Source of the DNA: a virus
Length of the DNA: 64,000 nt
Virus record (IMG/VR): IMGVR_UViG_3300042886_000261
Location: 42,751 to 106,750 of that record
Direction: 5' to 3' (one strand)
Shown: positions 18,602 through 31,918 of the stretch, in pieces
Layout of the letters: the number at the start of each line of letters is the position of its first letter
Numbering within the stretch: position 1 is the first letter of the stretch
The notes under the pieces: model-generated
Told to the model about the DNA's origin: nothing
The model's input: the letters and a program-made list of their open reading frames with translations, nothing else
Database searches by the model: none
Translations under genes and position numbers: made by a program

Positions 18602-19387
18602 TTAACACAAATTTTTAAGTACTTTAACCATTATTTTGACTAACTGAGATTCAGTAGTAATTACTTCTAATTCATCAAATATATCATTAATGTCAATACC
18701 TTTATAAGCAAGTTGTTCTTCTGTAAATAGATTTAACATAGTATCATTTACAAAAGAATTATATGCTTTTTGATCATATGGCTTTAAAGATACTGGTTCT
18801 TTTACTAATTCCATGGTATCCAGATTAATATTTTTTAATAATATTATTTTACCTGATAGATCTGTTATATCATATGTACCAGTAATATTATTTAAAATAG
18901 CTTTTGAGCCACCAATTATAACTGATCTTGGTTTTTTACCAGTTTTTTCAAGTTCTTTTTTATACTCAGTTTGAATTGGATATTCTTCCTCAACCTCTAC
19001 AATATCTTCTACTTCTGGTATAAAGATATCTTCCTTGTTTTCTTGATCAAATAAAGCTTCATCATCATTATAAAAACTAGTATCTTTTTCATCAAAATCT
19101 TTTTCATCAAAATCTCTTTCACCAGACATTATTGCTAGTTCTTCTTCTATATCTAATTGAGCATCATATTTCTCATCAACAACACTATCAAGAACTTTTT
19201 CAGAGATATTTATTATAACTCTATCTTTATCAATAGTACTTTTACTAGCTAAATTAGAATACTTATCATTAATATCTTTTATGATTCTTTTAGCATTAAA
19301 ATCACTATGGGTAGTATTTCTATACCCACCTAATTTGTCATCAATTTCCTTATTTAAATCTTCTTTAATTTGTATTTTACAAGCCAT
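18602..19387 (-). CDS. acidic 261-aa protein of the vRNAP cluster (putative linker)
   Basis: Starts MAC, ends NLC, no other Cys; acidic centre with DFDEK repeat. Confidence 0.7.
   Translation of the reverse strand: MACKIQIKEDLNKEIDDKLGGYRNTTHSDFNAKRIIKDINDKYSNLASKSTIDKDRVIINISEKVLDSVVDEKYDAQLDIEEELAIMSGERDFDEKDFDEKDTSFYNDDEALFDQENKEDIFIPEVEDIVEVEEEYPIQTEYKKELEKTGKKPRSVIIGGSKAILNNITGTYDITDLSGKIILLKNINLDTMELVKEPVSLKPYDQKAYNSFVNDTMLNLFTEEQLAYKGIDINDIFDELEVITTESQLVKIMVKVLKNLC
19082..19115. repeat. 15-bp tandem repeat (ATCTTTTTCATCAAA)x2 encoding DFDEK-DFDEK
   Basis: Exact tandem copies at 19082-19096 and 19097-19111. Confidence 0.85.
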
Positions 19388-19397
19388 GATATTATTA

Positions 19398-22300
19398 TTA
19401 ACAAGATTTTTTATAAAGTGAAGCTGCTTCTAATATTCTTTTTTTAGTTAAAGGATCAGATACTGTTTCTTTAGCTAAGTTAGTTGTTCCTGAACCTAAT
19501 ATAGTATTATCTGAAAGTACATAGTAATTAAATTTAGTAGCTGGATCAGTAGACACTCTTAATGTACCATCTTGTAATTCTTTTCTAATATACACTTTAT
19601 TTTTAATAGTTTGCTCAGTTAATTCTTTACCATTACCAAAATATATTTTACCATCTGGTTTAATTGTAAAAGTATATTGATCTACTTTTATATTTCTTTC
19701 TTCTGGTTCAGATTTTTTAACTATAACTTCTCCAGTTTGTCCATCAGGAACTTCTTCTTGTAGTTGTTTTACTATTGGTGCAACATTAGAAACATCAGAT
19801 GCTTTATTAGTATAAACATAATCCATTTTAGATGTTCTACTTAAACCAACATATCTTAACATATTTCTTTCATTACCGTATGGTTTACCATTATAACTAA
19901 TAATTTTATTATTAGCTGGGTTATCCATATTTTCATAATCTACAAATACATTATCATATGTAGAACCTTGAGCTTTATGTGCTGTTACAGCATAACCATA
20001 ATCAATATTTTTACTAAAAAATGCTTTAATATTTAATTTTTCATATTGTGATGTACCATCTGCTTCTATTTTAAATAACTCAGGTCTTTCTTTTTTAAGA
20101 ATTGACATTGTAGTAGGCTCATTTTCAAATAATAGTACATCATCTGGGAATTGATATTTACTAAATAATGCATCTAATTCTGAACTAGCTTTAGCTCTAA
20201 ATTTCCAAGCAATAGTATTATTATTAATAGCTTTTTTTACATCTAAAAATTGCATTAATATATTTAAATTATTAGAATCACGTGGATTTATAATAAAAAC
20301 TTTTTGAGGTTTTAATAATTGAGGACTGTGTGTTTTTATTAACTCAGTATCACTTTCATTAAAAACTCTTTTAACTTCTATATTCCATCCAGAAAGTTTT
20401 CCTTTAATAATATGTGTTGTATTTAAAATACGCTCATTATATAATGAAACTTCTTTTGATTCTTGATACTCATTACTTATTACAGTATAATCTTGTCCAT
20501 TATTAATTATACTATCAGCACTTGATTGCTCATATCCCATAAGAGTTGATCCTACACCATATGATTCATCAATATTCATACTTGAAAAAATTTGTTGATT
20601 ATAAAGAGCAACAGATATATTTGAGTATGTAATTATTTTAGCATATGCTGGATCTTTTTTATACTCTTCTGAAGTAAAAGCATCAAACATTTTATTTTTA
20701 AATTCAGTTTTATCTTTTATAAAGTTAACACCTTCACCTTCACTATTTATTTCTGTATCAAAATTAAAATTTTCATTTATGTCTAACATATTATTTCTAA
20801 CACCAGTAATAATTTTTAAAACAGGGTTATCTTCTTTTTGTCTCATGATTTCTGTTAACTCATATCCTTCATTATCTTTAGTGTATGTTAATGCTGGACT
20901 TAATGAACTATTTCCTACAGGAGGTAACTGAGCAGGATCACCCATGAATATTACTGTAGTGTTTTCATCTTGTGCTAAATCATAAATATCTTTATAATCA
21001 GAATTATCAATCATAGATGACTCATCTATTATTAAAATTCCATTACTTGGTACTGCATGATTAGGGCCTGGTTGAAAAACACCATTAATTTTACGTTTAT
21101 TTAAAAGTTTAGCAGTTGTTATAGGTTTTTTAGTAACACCTCCTCTAATTAATTGTACTAATAAATTTATAGATGCTTTATGTGTAGGAGCTGCATATAC
21201 TATTTCTTTCATACCTCTATGTTTAGTATTTACATAAAGTTGAATAAATTTAGCTATTGTACTTTTACCAGTACCCGCATAACCTTTTAAAACAAATTTT
21301 GTATTTTTATTATTAATGGCATCAATTGCTAATTGTAAAGCTGTTTTTTGTTGATCATTTAATCTTATAATTCCTGTTTTAATTTCAACACCATCACTGA
21401 ATGTAAAAGTATTATTAAATGATACTGGTTCTCTTTTTTTAATTACAGTTTCTATTTTAACTACTGGAGCTTCACTTACTGTAACATTTTGTTGTTGAGT
21501 AGTAGCTTTAAATGTATTAGTATATACATCTCTAATAGCTTGTTTTGCAGCAGCTTCTACTTCAGGTCCTTTATACTGAGCTCTAGGTACCCATTTACCA
21601 TCTTTTTGTACATTGTAATTTTCTATATCTCTAGAACCTACACCAGCAAAGTTTTTAGTAAGTGCTGGTGTGCTTATTTCTTTCCAACCATTATAATCCC
21701 ACTCTTGTTTAGTTTTATCATAACCTTTATCAAGGTATTCTTTATCTTGAGTGTACCATTTTTGGGTATCTAAATCAAATACATATACTGGTTTACCCAT
21801 TTTTATACCTAACTGGACAGCAGTATTTGTTCCACCCATAACTTCAGGTTTTGTAGTAGGTTTTATTTCAGCAACAGCAAATACAGCATCTGCATTAGCT
21901 ACTTGATAATAATTTCTTACTTGTAAATTTCCTTGTAAAGTATCTGGGTAGCTTTCTCCAAGTAATCTCTCTACTTCAGTACGGGCTTTATCCATTTGTT
22001 CTTTAGTAAGAACTGTAGCTTTAACACCTGCATTTCTAAGTTTTTGAGATAAATTTGGATTACCTGCATCTTTATAATGTCTTTGATCAGTAACACCAAA
22101 CTCTCTACCTATTGTATCCCAGTATGTATCTCCACCATATGCTCCACCAGAATGATTAGTGTATTCTGATGCAGCAACACTAGTAGATGGTTGAGTAGTA
22201 GGTATATTATATTCATTAATGTCAGCATACCATTTACCAACTTTATAGTTTGCATAATTTACAGTATCAAATTGTTCATATAGTTTAATACCATCTCTGT

Positions 22301-25300
22301 TGTACTCATTGTACTGCTTTCTTTTTTTAACAAAGTTGCCTTTATTTGTAGGCTCCGAAAACTCAATATAAATACCATGATTACCAACCATTAATCTACT
22401 TATTGTAGGTTCAAGTTGTTTAAGCACATCTTTATTTTCTACAGTTAATGTTGAATTATCTGAACCTAATGTTATTTTTCCTAGTTGTGGGTAATCAGTG
22501 TTTAATTTTTGAATATAAACATTTCTAATTTGTTTATTAATTTCTTCTATTTCAGAAACACTTTTTGTTTTTTCAAGATCTCTTATAAATTGTTGATAAT
22601 AACCCGTTTCTACATATTTCCTAAATTTATTATACCATTCTGTATCAACACTAGTAGATGGTTGATCAGTAGCTTTAAATATAATTGAATCATCAATGTA
22701 ATTATTTACATTAGGGTCATTAGCAATCATCATAGCTGCAATTTTATCAAAAGTAGATGTATTCATCTTATTAGAAATAAATTCTCTAGATGCTGGTTCT
22801 ACTATTTCAAAATATGTAGTATCAGGAAGAACATAACTAAGACCATATTTAGTATTACCTACTCCATTCTGTAAAATAGATATAAGTGGTAATATTTTAA
22901 ACATGTCTGATATTTTTTTATTCTTAACTGGATCTTTTACTTTAATAACATTTTCATCAGCAAGATCAATTAAGTTTTGATGATAACTATCAGCTAGTGC
23001 TCCTTTTACTACAGGTTTATTATTTAATGTTAATACAGATATCTGACCTTTAATTGTAAGTTTTTTAGTTTTAGCATCAAATACCTGATCTTTAATTGAG
23101 AAATTTTTAGAATTATATATATTTACCGGTACATCAGTAATTTGTTCTAGTACTGAATACAATTCTTTTAAGTGACTGTTTTCACTTATCATACTCATGA
23201 ACCTAGTTACATATGCTTGGTGATTTAAAGTACTAAATAATTCTGGTACACCTGGGAATGGTTCTTTAGTAGTTATTATCTCATTTAATCTGTTTTGATA
23301 AATATAATTTACCATTGCTTGTTTAAATGATGTGATAAAATTAGTTATACCATCTGCTCCTTCACCAAATTTAAGTGGAATATTATTATTTTTAATATAA
23401 TTAAGTAAATAAGTAGATACTCTTTTATCATCTGTTAAAGGAAATATAGGTTCTACTAAATCTTGAGTAATAACATTATCAAAGAAAGATCCTAATATAG
23501 ACTCTTTTCTTAATTTTCTTACTAGGTCTTGATCTATTTTAGATGACTCAGATAAAATATCTAAACCAATTTTTCTTTGCATGATCTCCTGTATGGTTTT
23601 AGAAGTAGCTGTATCAGGATTTGACTGTCTTTTAAGATCAGCCATATCTTTTATTTGTTTTTCATACTCTAAATAATGTAAAAATATTGCAATAGCTTTT
23701 GGACTTGTAGTATCATTAGTAGTCATTGTACCTTTTAAATCCGCTGTTGTAAATTTATCCATACCTTCAGTTGCTGCAAGTACAACATCTTTATAATTTG
23801 GAGTAGACATTGGGTGATAATATTCATTAGTAGGATCAGCAATTATACTTTTAAATAATGGGCCAGTTTCAGAACTGTTAATTAATTCAATATCATTTAT
23901 ATTAACTTTATCAGCTTTTACATCTGCAATTAAGCTTTTTAATGTTGTATCATATGATTTATCAATACCAGATAGTTTTACTGATACCTTAGCTTCTTTA
24001 TTATAACCTTTTATTGCATTATTTAATCTTGTTCTATTTGCTTTATAAATACTTTCTGAGATATTAGTTTGTTTTAATACATTTAGAAGTGCATTATATT
24101 TTTTATTTTCATCAGATAATGTTTCTTTACCAGTAAGATTTGCATATGTACTAGCATATAGTCTTTGTTGATTTGCATATTCTCTTACTAGTGGTTGAGA
24201 TATAAAATAAACGGCATCTCTTTTTGGTACACCAGCTTTAAGTAAATTCAATAACATTGGTATAAGTTCTTTATTAGCTTGAATAAAGAAGATCCATGCA
24301 TCTTTCTCAACATCTACAGAACCATTCATTAAGTGTGAAAATAAATCTGCTATTTTATCTTGGCCATCTGCACTATTAATACCTGATAAAGAAATTCTTC
24401 CATCTTCAGTTTTATTATGATCAAGTAATAATCTCATTTCATAGATTATACTTTTATCATCTTCATATTTTTTAGTCTTTGGATTTTTAACTGAGCCATA
24501 ATATGTTTTTGGTAGAGCAGCACCTAATGCTGTATACAATGGATGTAATGCATTTTCAAGAGCAATAATACCTAATACATCTTTCCCTGTCATATTAGCT
24601 TCATGCTTATGTAAGTTATAACCTACTTCAAATACATTTGTTGGACTAATAGTTTTATATCTTCCATATTCAGGTGAAGACTTTACTAAGTCATCTGCAA
24701 TATCTTTCATTAAGTAAGTTTCATTTGGTCTTACTAATGTAGCATAATTATCAGGTAGTTGTAATATACCTCTGATAGAATCAATTAATCTATTTTCAAT
24801 TGCTTTTTTCTGTAATGCAATTAATTTAACTACTTGAGCTTTATCACCTTTAGATTCTGCATTTGCAATTAATTTTTTTAATGTTTCCTCAGATATATTA
24901 GATGTTACATAATTACCATTTTCATCTATATTAGGCATGAATGTAGTAAGCTTATCAACATCATAATCTGCTCCTGATTTAGCAACAATTTCTGATGGAG
25001 GAATAATAATAGAACCTGCAGCAGGATTTAAAAATTCATATACTTCCATAAATTCCATAGAGTTCATTCCTTGTACAGGGATCCTTACAGCTGATAAAGT
25101 AACAGATTTACGGTTATTATCTTTATTTAACCACTCATCATCTTTAATTAATTCATTTAATCTTTTTCTTGTACCTATTTCTATACCATCAAGATCTTTA
25201 AGTTTTAAAAGATTTTTAAAATCTCCTTGTAATGCAATAGCAACTTTCATTGCAGATGTATTACCATTCTCACCTGGATTATAGAAAGGTAAGTTATTAG

Positions 25301-28300
25301 TACCTAAGTATTTTTCTATTTCTGCAACTTGAGCTTTCTCAAATTTAAAACCTGAATCCCATAATCCATTAGTCATTGAACTAGCAACTTGTACTAATGC
25401 TTCACCTTTTACTTTTTGTTTTACTATTCTTTTCTCAACAAGTGATGTTATCATTTTTTCAATATCTCCTGAGAGCATGTGTAATGATAAATCTTTTGTT
25501 AAAACATTATTAGAACCAACTTGAATATAGTCAATTAAATGTTCTGGTAAATCCTTTCTAGTAAGTTCTCTTTGAACTACATCCATGAATTTAGTTAAAT
25601 CACCACTAACATATTTACCATCTTTATATTCATAACCAATTTCATTTAATAATTCAATTTTTAATATTTCAGTATTAGCATTTACAGCATCTTCATAAGC
25701 TTTAATAAATGGTGCATTGTCATCATTTACAATTTTACCATTTTTATATAAACCTTCAAGAATAAGTTTTCTTAACTGAGTAGCAAATATTGTTTTACCT
25801 TTTAATTTAATTGGAACAGCTGTAACATTTTTAAGATATGCTAAGTATATTGTATTTGGGGTAAACTTAATATCTGACTTTAATGTTTTTTGAGCACCGT
25901 TATCATCATATATTTGATCTGCTACTGCTTTACCATCTTTATCTAATTGAGATGTTATACTACCTACTTTAGAACCAGTTTGGAATGTAGCATACTGTAT
26001 ATTACTTTTCATCATTTGATGATGTAATGACTCTAAATCAGAACCAACAATAAGTGATGGAATTAATGGCATTAATGCAAATTTATGCATTGCATTAACT
26101 GGTAATGGTGTATTAGCTAAATGACCAAAATGTTGTAATTTATATACAGGAAAAATTTGTGTTATATCTTCAGTATTAACTTCTTTACCACTAATTACTT
26201 TTTGGAATAAATCTTCTTGTTCAGATGACCAGTTCTTTTCAGCAAGTCTTAATAGACGGTATGCATCAATAGTTATATAACCTTGACCATCACCTTCTTC
26301 CATTTCTTTATATGGTTTTAATTCTTTCTTTAATCTATAATCAATTTCTGATTGAGATAATCCTCTGTTTTTATAATCTTCCCTTAAACCTTTTTCAATA
26401 TTTTTAATATATACTGAACTTCTTTTAACTTCCTGCATGATAGCAGTGTTATAAGTTTTACTGTAATTAAATGGAGCATACTCACTACCAAATTCATCCA
26501 TAGTTGCTAGCTTAGCACCATATGATGTATTTTTAATTGTGTAACTATTTAAAAAGTCTTGAGTATAAATATCATCCATGAATCCTCTACCACCTGAAGT
26601 AGAACCTGGATTTCTTTTATGTAACTCTTGTTTAGCATGATTATACTGTACAATATCACCATATATTAAACTAGCAGTCTCAAAATTATGAATCCATGCA
26701 TTCATTGTATGTGCTTTAATAAGCATTGTTTCTTCAGCATCAGTTGATAATTCAAACTTTTTTAAACTATTTGTTAATGCTGGGTCAATCCATTTAGATT
26801 TCTGAAAATCTTTCTTGTTATCAGCAGACTGTCTTTCAAAATATGCACTTACTTGCTCAGTTATATCTTTTTTTAATTTAGGATCTGATTCTAAATAATC
26901 AAGTAATTTACCATTTTTTACTTTCTCAATTATTTCTTCTTTAGTATCTTTAGTTAATATATTATCAAATGCAGTAAAGAATTCACCAGCTATTCCAATA
27001 ACAGTTTCACCATCAGCAGATTTAATTTCTCTATTATAACCTACATATTTTTTATACTCTTCTTTATTAGTTCTTATTTTTTGTATTCTAATTAACTCAG
27101 CTTGAATATAACCTAAGAATATATTATCAACAGCATATTGATCAGCATCTCCTCCTGGTTTAAATTTATCTATATCAACATATAAATTTTTTAAATTAGT
27201 AGACTTCATACCAAATGATGATGATTTAGAAGCATGTCTCATAAATTCTTGAAAACCTGATTTTAACATCATGTTTAATTCTTGAATATATTTACTATGA
27301 ACATCAAGAGATGTAGTATTAGCACCATCAACATTAACTATTTGAGTACCAGATACCATTACAAGATCTAACTTAGCATCTCCTTTTCTTGCCCATGTAT
27401 TTTCTTCAACTTTAAATATAGTTTTAAGTAATTGTGATTGCTCAGTAAAACCGTTTATCAATGGATTAAGATAACTCATATAGCTATATGTTGGATCCAT
27501 CCATAAATCTCTACCATTTTTAACATTATTAATGGCATCAACTTGCATAGTAACAGTACTATCTTCTGTAAATTCATTTACAAGTTTTTTCTCTGCATTT
27601 AGTACACTAAAACTTGCATAATTATTACCAAATTTACTTTGTAATCTTGCTAAATTTTGTATTACAGATTTTTCACTTGTGGTTTTTTTATATATACCTG
27701 CAGGCATTTTACCATATAATGCATCAATAGGATTATCTATGAATTTTTTAATAAATGCTTTTTGCTCATCATTAGTAAGTTTTGGATCTTTATTTAATGT
27801 ATGAACTGATTTTGCAATTTCATATAAATAAAAAACACCATAATCTTTAGCACCTAATTCATCCTTAATACTCTTTAAATCTTGTAAACCAACACCTAAT
27901 GCATTAACAAATTCAATTTGTTGTGCAGGTAAATCAACAGATGCAGCAGTAGGAAAAGCTTTAATTAATTCATCAAGTTTTAATGTTGACTTATTATTTT
28001 CAGCTTTACTAATATATTTAGTTTCTGCAGATGAATTAAAAGCACTTTTAAAACTATTTATAACATTTTTAAATTCAATTGAAGCATCAGTTACTTCAGA
28101 TTTATAATCACCTGTTTCTTCATCTTTATCAACTGTTAATTGAACATATCTTATTAAAGGTTTTTTAAAATCTTGCCAAAATGCTGCTTTGATATTAAAT
28201 TCTTGTAATGTTTTAATATTTGTAGGATCTGGAAATTTTTTATTTACTAATTGTCCTAATTCTGGATAGAAAGGTACAGCAGCTTGAAGCTTAAGATACA

Positions 28301-31300
28301 TTTCAACTGGATTCTTTTCACCTCCAATTACTTTAGTAACTGTATTCCATATTTTACTAAAGTCAACTAATTCTGGAAAACCTAATGGTCCTTCTACTTC
28401 TTTACCATCAACTATTTTAAATAGACTTTTTAAAATATAAAGAGTCTCTTTTTCAGCTAATTGCATTAATGATTTTTTACCTACTTCTTTATTTGAAAAT
28501 ATTTCTGTTTCTTGAGCTTCTTCAGAAGCAGTTGTATCTCCTTCTATTTCAGTTTCTTCTTCATCTATTTCAATATACTTTTGCTTAATTAAATCAAATG
28601 TACTATGTTCTTTATGAAACTCTAATATATTATCCCAATTAGCAATTGCTGTTTCTAGTATTCTTATTTTATTATTTAATAAACTTCTTTTATTAAAATC
28701 TTCTTGAGCAGTAGCTTCTAGTTCTGTTTTAAATTTAACAAGTTTTTCATTAAATCTTCTTTTAGTTCTAGCATAAGCTTCTATTTTATTTTTTTCAATT
28801 GTTAATATTTGAATAGTTCCAGTTTTATTTACTGTTACTAGATTTCCTGCTGAATCTTTAACATTATTAATGCTTTGAGCAAGTCTACCATCATATGTTT
28901 CATCAATAATTTTTGATAATACAGAATCAATTTGATTAGATACTTTAAGACTATCTTGATAATTTAAAACAAGTTCTTTTGTTTCAGTATTAAATACACC
29001 TCTTGCTCTATTAAGCTTGTTAAACATATGGTTATCAACAAGTGGAGTATACTTGTTTAAAAGCTTAGGGTTTTTACTTGCAAAAAATAATTTTTCAAAT
29101 AAATTTTCTTGAATAGATCTTTTACCAAATAATGCTTTAATAAAATTCCATATTCTTCTGAATATAGTATTTCTTATAGGAGCATCACCTACAGCTTTAG
29201 GATCTTTAGCATACTCTCTAAAATCTTCAGCAATAATTTCTTCTACTTCTTCTGGAGAAAGTTCATAATTATTTAATCTTTTTCTAGTTTCAGCATATAA
29301 CTTAGTCTTTTGTTTTTTAGTTAAGTATAATTGAGAAAATGCATGCCAAGCTTCATGGTATAAATCTACAGCAGAACTACCAGTAGCTGTATCTAATTGT
29401 ATTGAAACATCTGATAATCTTTTACCTGCTATAATAAATCTTGCATAAACATCAGAGTTAACAATGTTAGCCATGTGTTCAAGCTTAATAAGTTTAGATA
29501 AAGGAGAATTATCCCACCACTCTTTAGCAGCAGTAATTTCTTCTTGAGTAACATTATTAGGTAACTTAGAAGATCTATCTAATTCAAATGGTATATCACT
29601 TTCTTCATCAGGTTGATCAACTTTATCTGGATTAATAATTACTTCATCTTTTTTAGCTGCTTCTTGTTGTGGAGTACCAGGTGCTTTAGTAACTTTTGGT
29701 TTTAAAGTAAAATCCTTTTCACTTACTTGACCTATTTTTTTATCTCCTTTGTATATTGAAACTACATTATTTTTTGGCTCACCTTTGTTTGTAATTATAT
29801 CATTAACTATAAAAGTTACAGGATCATTTGAATTTATGTCATTTGATGATATACCTGGTTCATATCTACCTTCCACTGTTACACCATCTACTTTCATTAA
29901 AAATGTAGCATTTGTTTTAGACATACCACTTAATATAGTACCAGATAAATCTTTATTAACTTTTAATTTAAGAACAAGATCATCTTTAGCTGCTTTAATT
30001 TTATCTACAGTAGAAGATTTTACTTCTTCTTTAACTTTTTCTGTTTCAGCAATAAAATCTTTATCTATTCTAAATTGAAAGTATGGATTATTTACTGCAT
30101 CACCTTTGTTAGTTTTTTTATCAGCAGGATTTAAAATTTTTAAGTCTAATGATAAAAGAAAGTCCTTATAATCTACAGCATTAAATTTACCAGTATTACG
30201 GTTATAATTATAAAATGTTTTACTACCAGCAAGTATTTCTTTATTATAACCCATAGTAGTTGCATATGTCAAAGTTTTTGCATTAATCCCTTGATTTTCA
30301 TATGTAACTGTGCTTTCATTTAATAAATTATCAATTATAATTTGTTCAACTTTTGGATCTGTAAAATCTTTTATTGGTATTAATAATTGTTTATTTTTTA
30401 TTGGATCTGGTCTATATCCTCCAGTAAGTGTACCAGTAACATCATTATAATTTACAAATAGTTTTCTTGTTGATTGAGCATTAATAGTATTATGAGTAAA
30501 TTGTAAATAAAAATCATTTTTCTGTTTATTATTTAATTTAGGATTTACTAATACAGCAGCAATTTGATTTATATATTCTTCAGGTAAATTAGTTCTATCA
30601 ATTGTATAATTAACATCATTTATAAGTATTTCAGCAGTAAATGTTCTTGGATTAATTTTAATATTTAATTTATTTTCTGGTGTTTTAGTTGCAGTAAGTA
30701 ATTTTTTTAAAGTTGGATTTTCTTTATTAAAGAAAATATCAACAATACCAGCACTTATATCTGTTATATTTAATAACTTAGGTTCACCACCACGTACTTC
30801 ATCTCTTAAGTCTTGTAATTCTTTAAAACTACTTTGTTGTTTATTATCAACTAACTCAAGAAAGTCTTCATATGTTGTACCCTGATCAATTAACCATTTC
30901 TTATATGACTCCATACTCATTTCTTTTTTATGAGCATCTTTTTCAATTAATTCTGCAGGTGAAATAATTCTATCTTCTAGACCATATATATCTGTAACTC
31001 TTAATTTATCAGAATTTTTTTCAGATCTTACATCTCTTAAAAATTGATATACAGGTTTACCACCATCTTCTTTAGATACTATAGAACCTTCTTCATCAAA
31101 ATGTAATGTATTTCCATCCACATCTGATAAAACTAATACAACAATATCTTTAGCTTGAGTAACATTTGGATCTTCTATTTTATCTTTTACCATACTATTA
31201 CTTCTAATAATATGTGCAACAGTAGTTGCATCTAATGTCTCTTCACCATTAAGACTTAATAACATTTTAGGTCTAAGTTTAATAACTTTACCTTGATAAA

Positions 31301-31914
31301 TTAATTCAGGTCCACCTTCTTTTCTTACACCTTTTTCTTTAATGGTTCTTATTGTTCTGTATATTCTTTCTTTATTAGGATCTTTTTTTTCTTTAGCTCC
31401 AGTATCTTTTTCATTAGGTGTTCTAGGAGAAAATTCTTGCATTGTAGAAGTTAAAGCATCATCTGCTTGCCATCTAAATGGATCATTAAGCATATTAAGA
31501 AAGTCATTACCTTGATCTGATAAAGGAGTATTTAATATACCTTTTTCTATCTCCATTCTAAATTCTAAATCTTCTAGAGTAGCTTCAGGTCTAAAATGTT
31601 TTAATGTCTCAAGTAAACCATTTTCTGTATTTCTGAATTTAGTAATTAATTCTTTATTAGCATTTAAATCAAAATCAAAATCACTTGTATCTATTTCATC
31701 TTGCTCAACTGCATTCTTCATTAAAGTAGGTACAATTTGTAAAAAAGTAGATGCAGTATTAACATCTGTTTTTTTTTTGTATTTCTTCAAATAGATCAGT
31801 CATAAATTCTTCTGGAGCAAAAGCTTCATTAGACTCTAAAGAATTAAGCATTTGTTTATATATTAACTTATATAAATTTTCAACTTGTGTTTGTGATAAT
31901 GAACAGTTTACCAT
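19398..31914 (-). CDS. giant virion RNA polymerase (crAss gp66-like two-barrel RNAP) fused to zincin-like metallopeptidase, SLOG and Dda/RecD-like SF1 helicase domains; interrupted by a 1-nt frameshift near the 5' end
   Basis: RIPVQG and catalytic-type GADYDVDK (DYDVD at 24954-24968), DGQGY; HEAWH…EEIIAEDF (29343-29357); HSGGAYGGD…RNYYQV…GGTNTAV…KPVYVFD; GYAGTGKS, APTHKA, IIDESSM, GDPAQLPPV, TAHKAQGSTY. The ORF track starts at TTG 31790, but an ATG at 31914 (4 nt after the upstream stop) joins the frame if the A10 run is A9 (~4171 aa). Confidence 0.8.
21494..22680. repeat. junction repeats in the vRNAP gene: exact 20-bp CAACACTAGTAGATGGTTGA at 22175-22194 and 22646-22665; related 20-mers at 21494-21513 and 22661-22680 (18/20)
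   Basis: Read directly; encode QPSTSV x2 and FKAT(D/T)Q x2; the exact pair is 471 bp (157 codons) apart. Confidence 0.85.
31769..31778 (-). repeat. A10 homopolymer at the vRNAP frameshift
   Basis: T10 on the + strand; A9 would fuse MVNC…EEIQKK to TDVNTAS…. Confidence 0.85.
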
Positions 31915-31918
31915 AATA

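Noticed and set aside
31788-31790. TTG start for the vRNAP as given in the ORF track
   Set aside because: It leaves a 128-nt gap that holds a well-placed ATG ORF joining the frame across the A10 run and restoring the N-terminal Cys pattern
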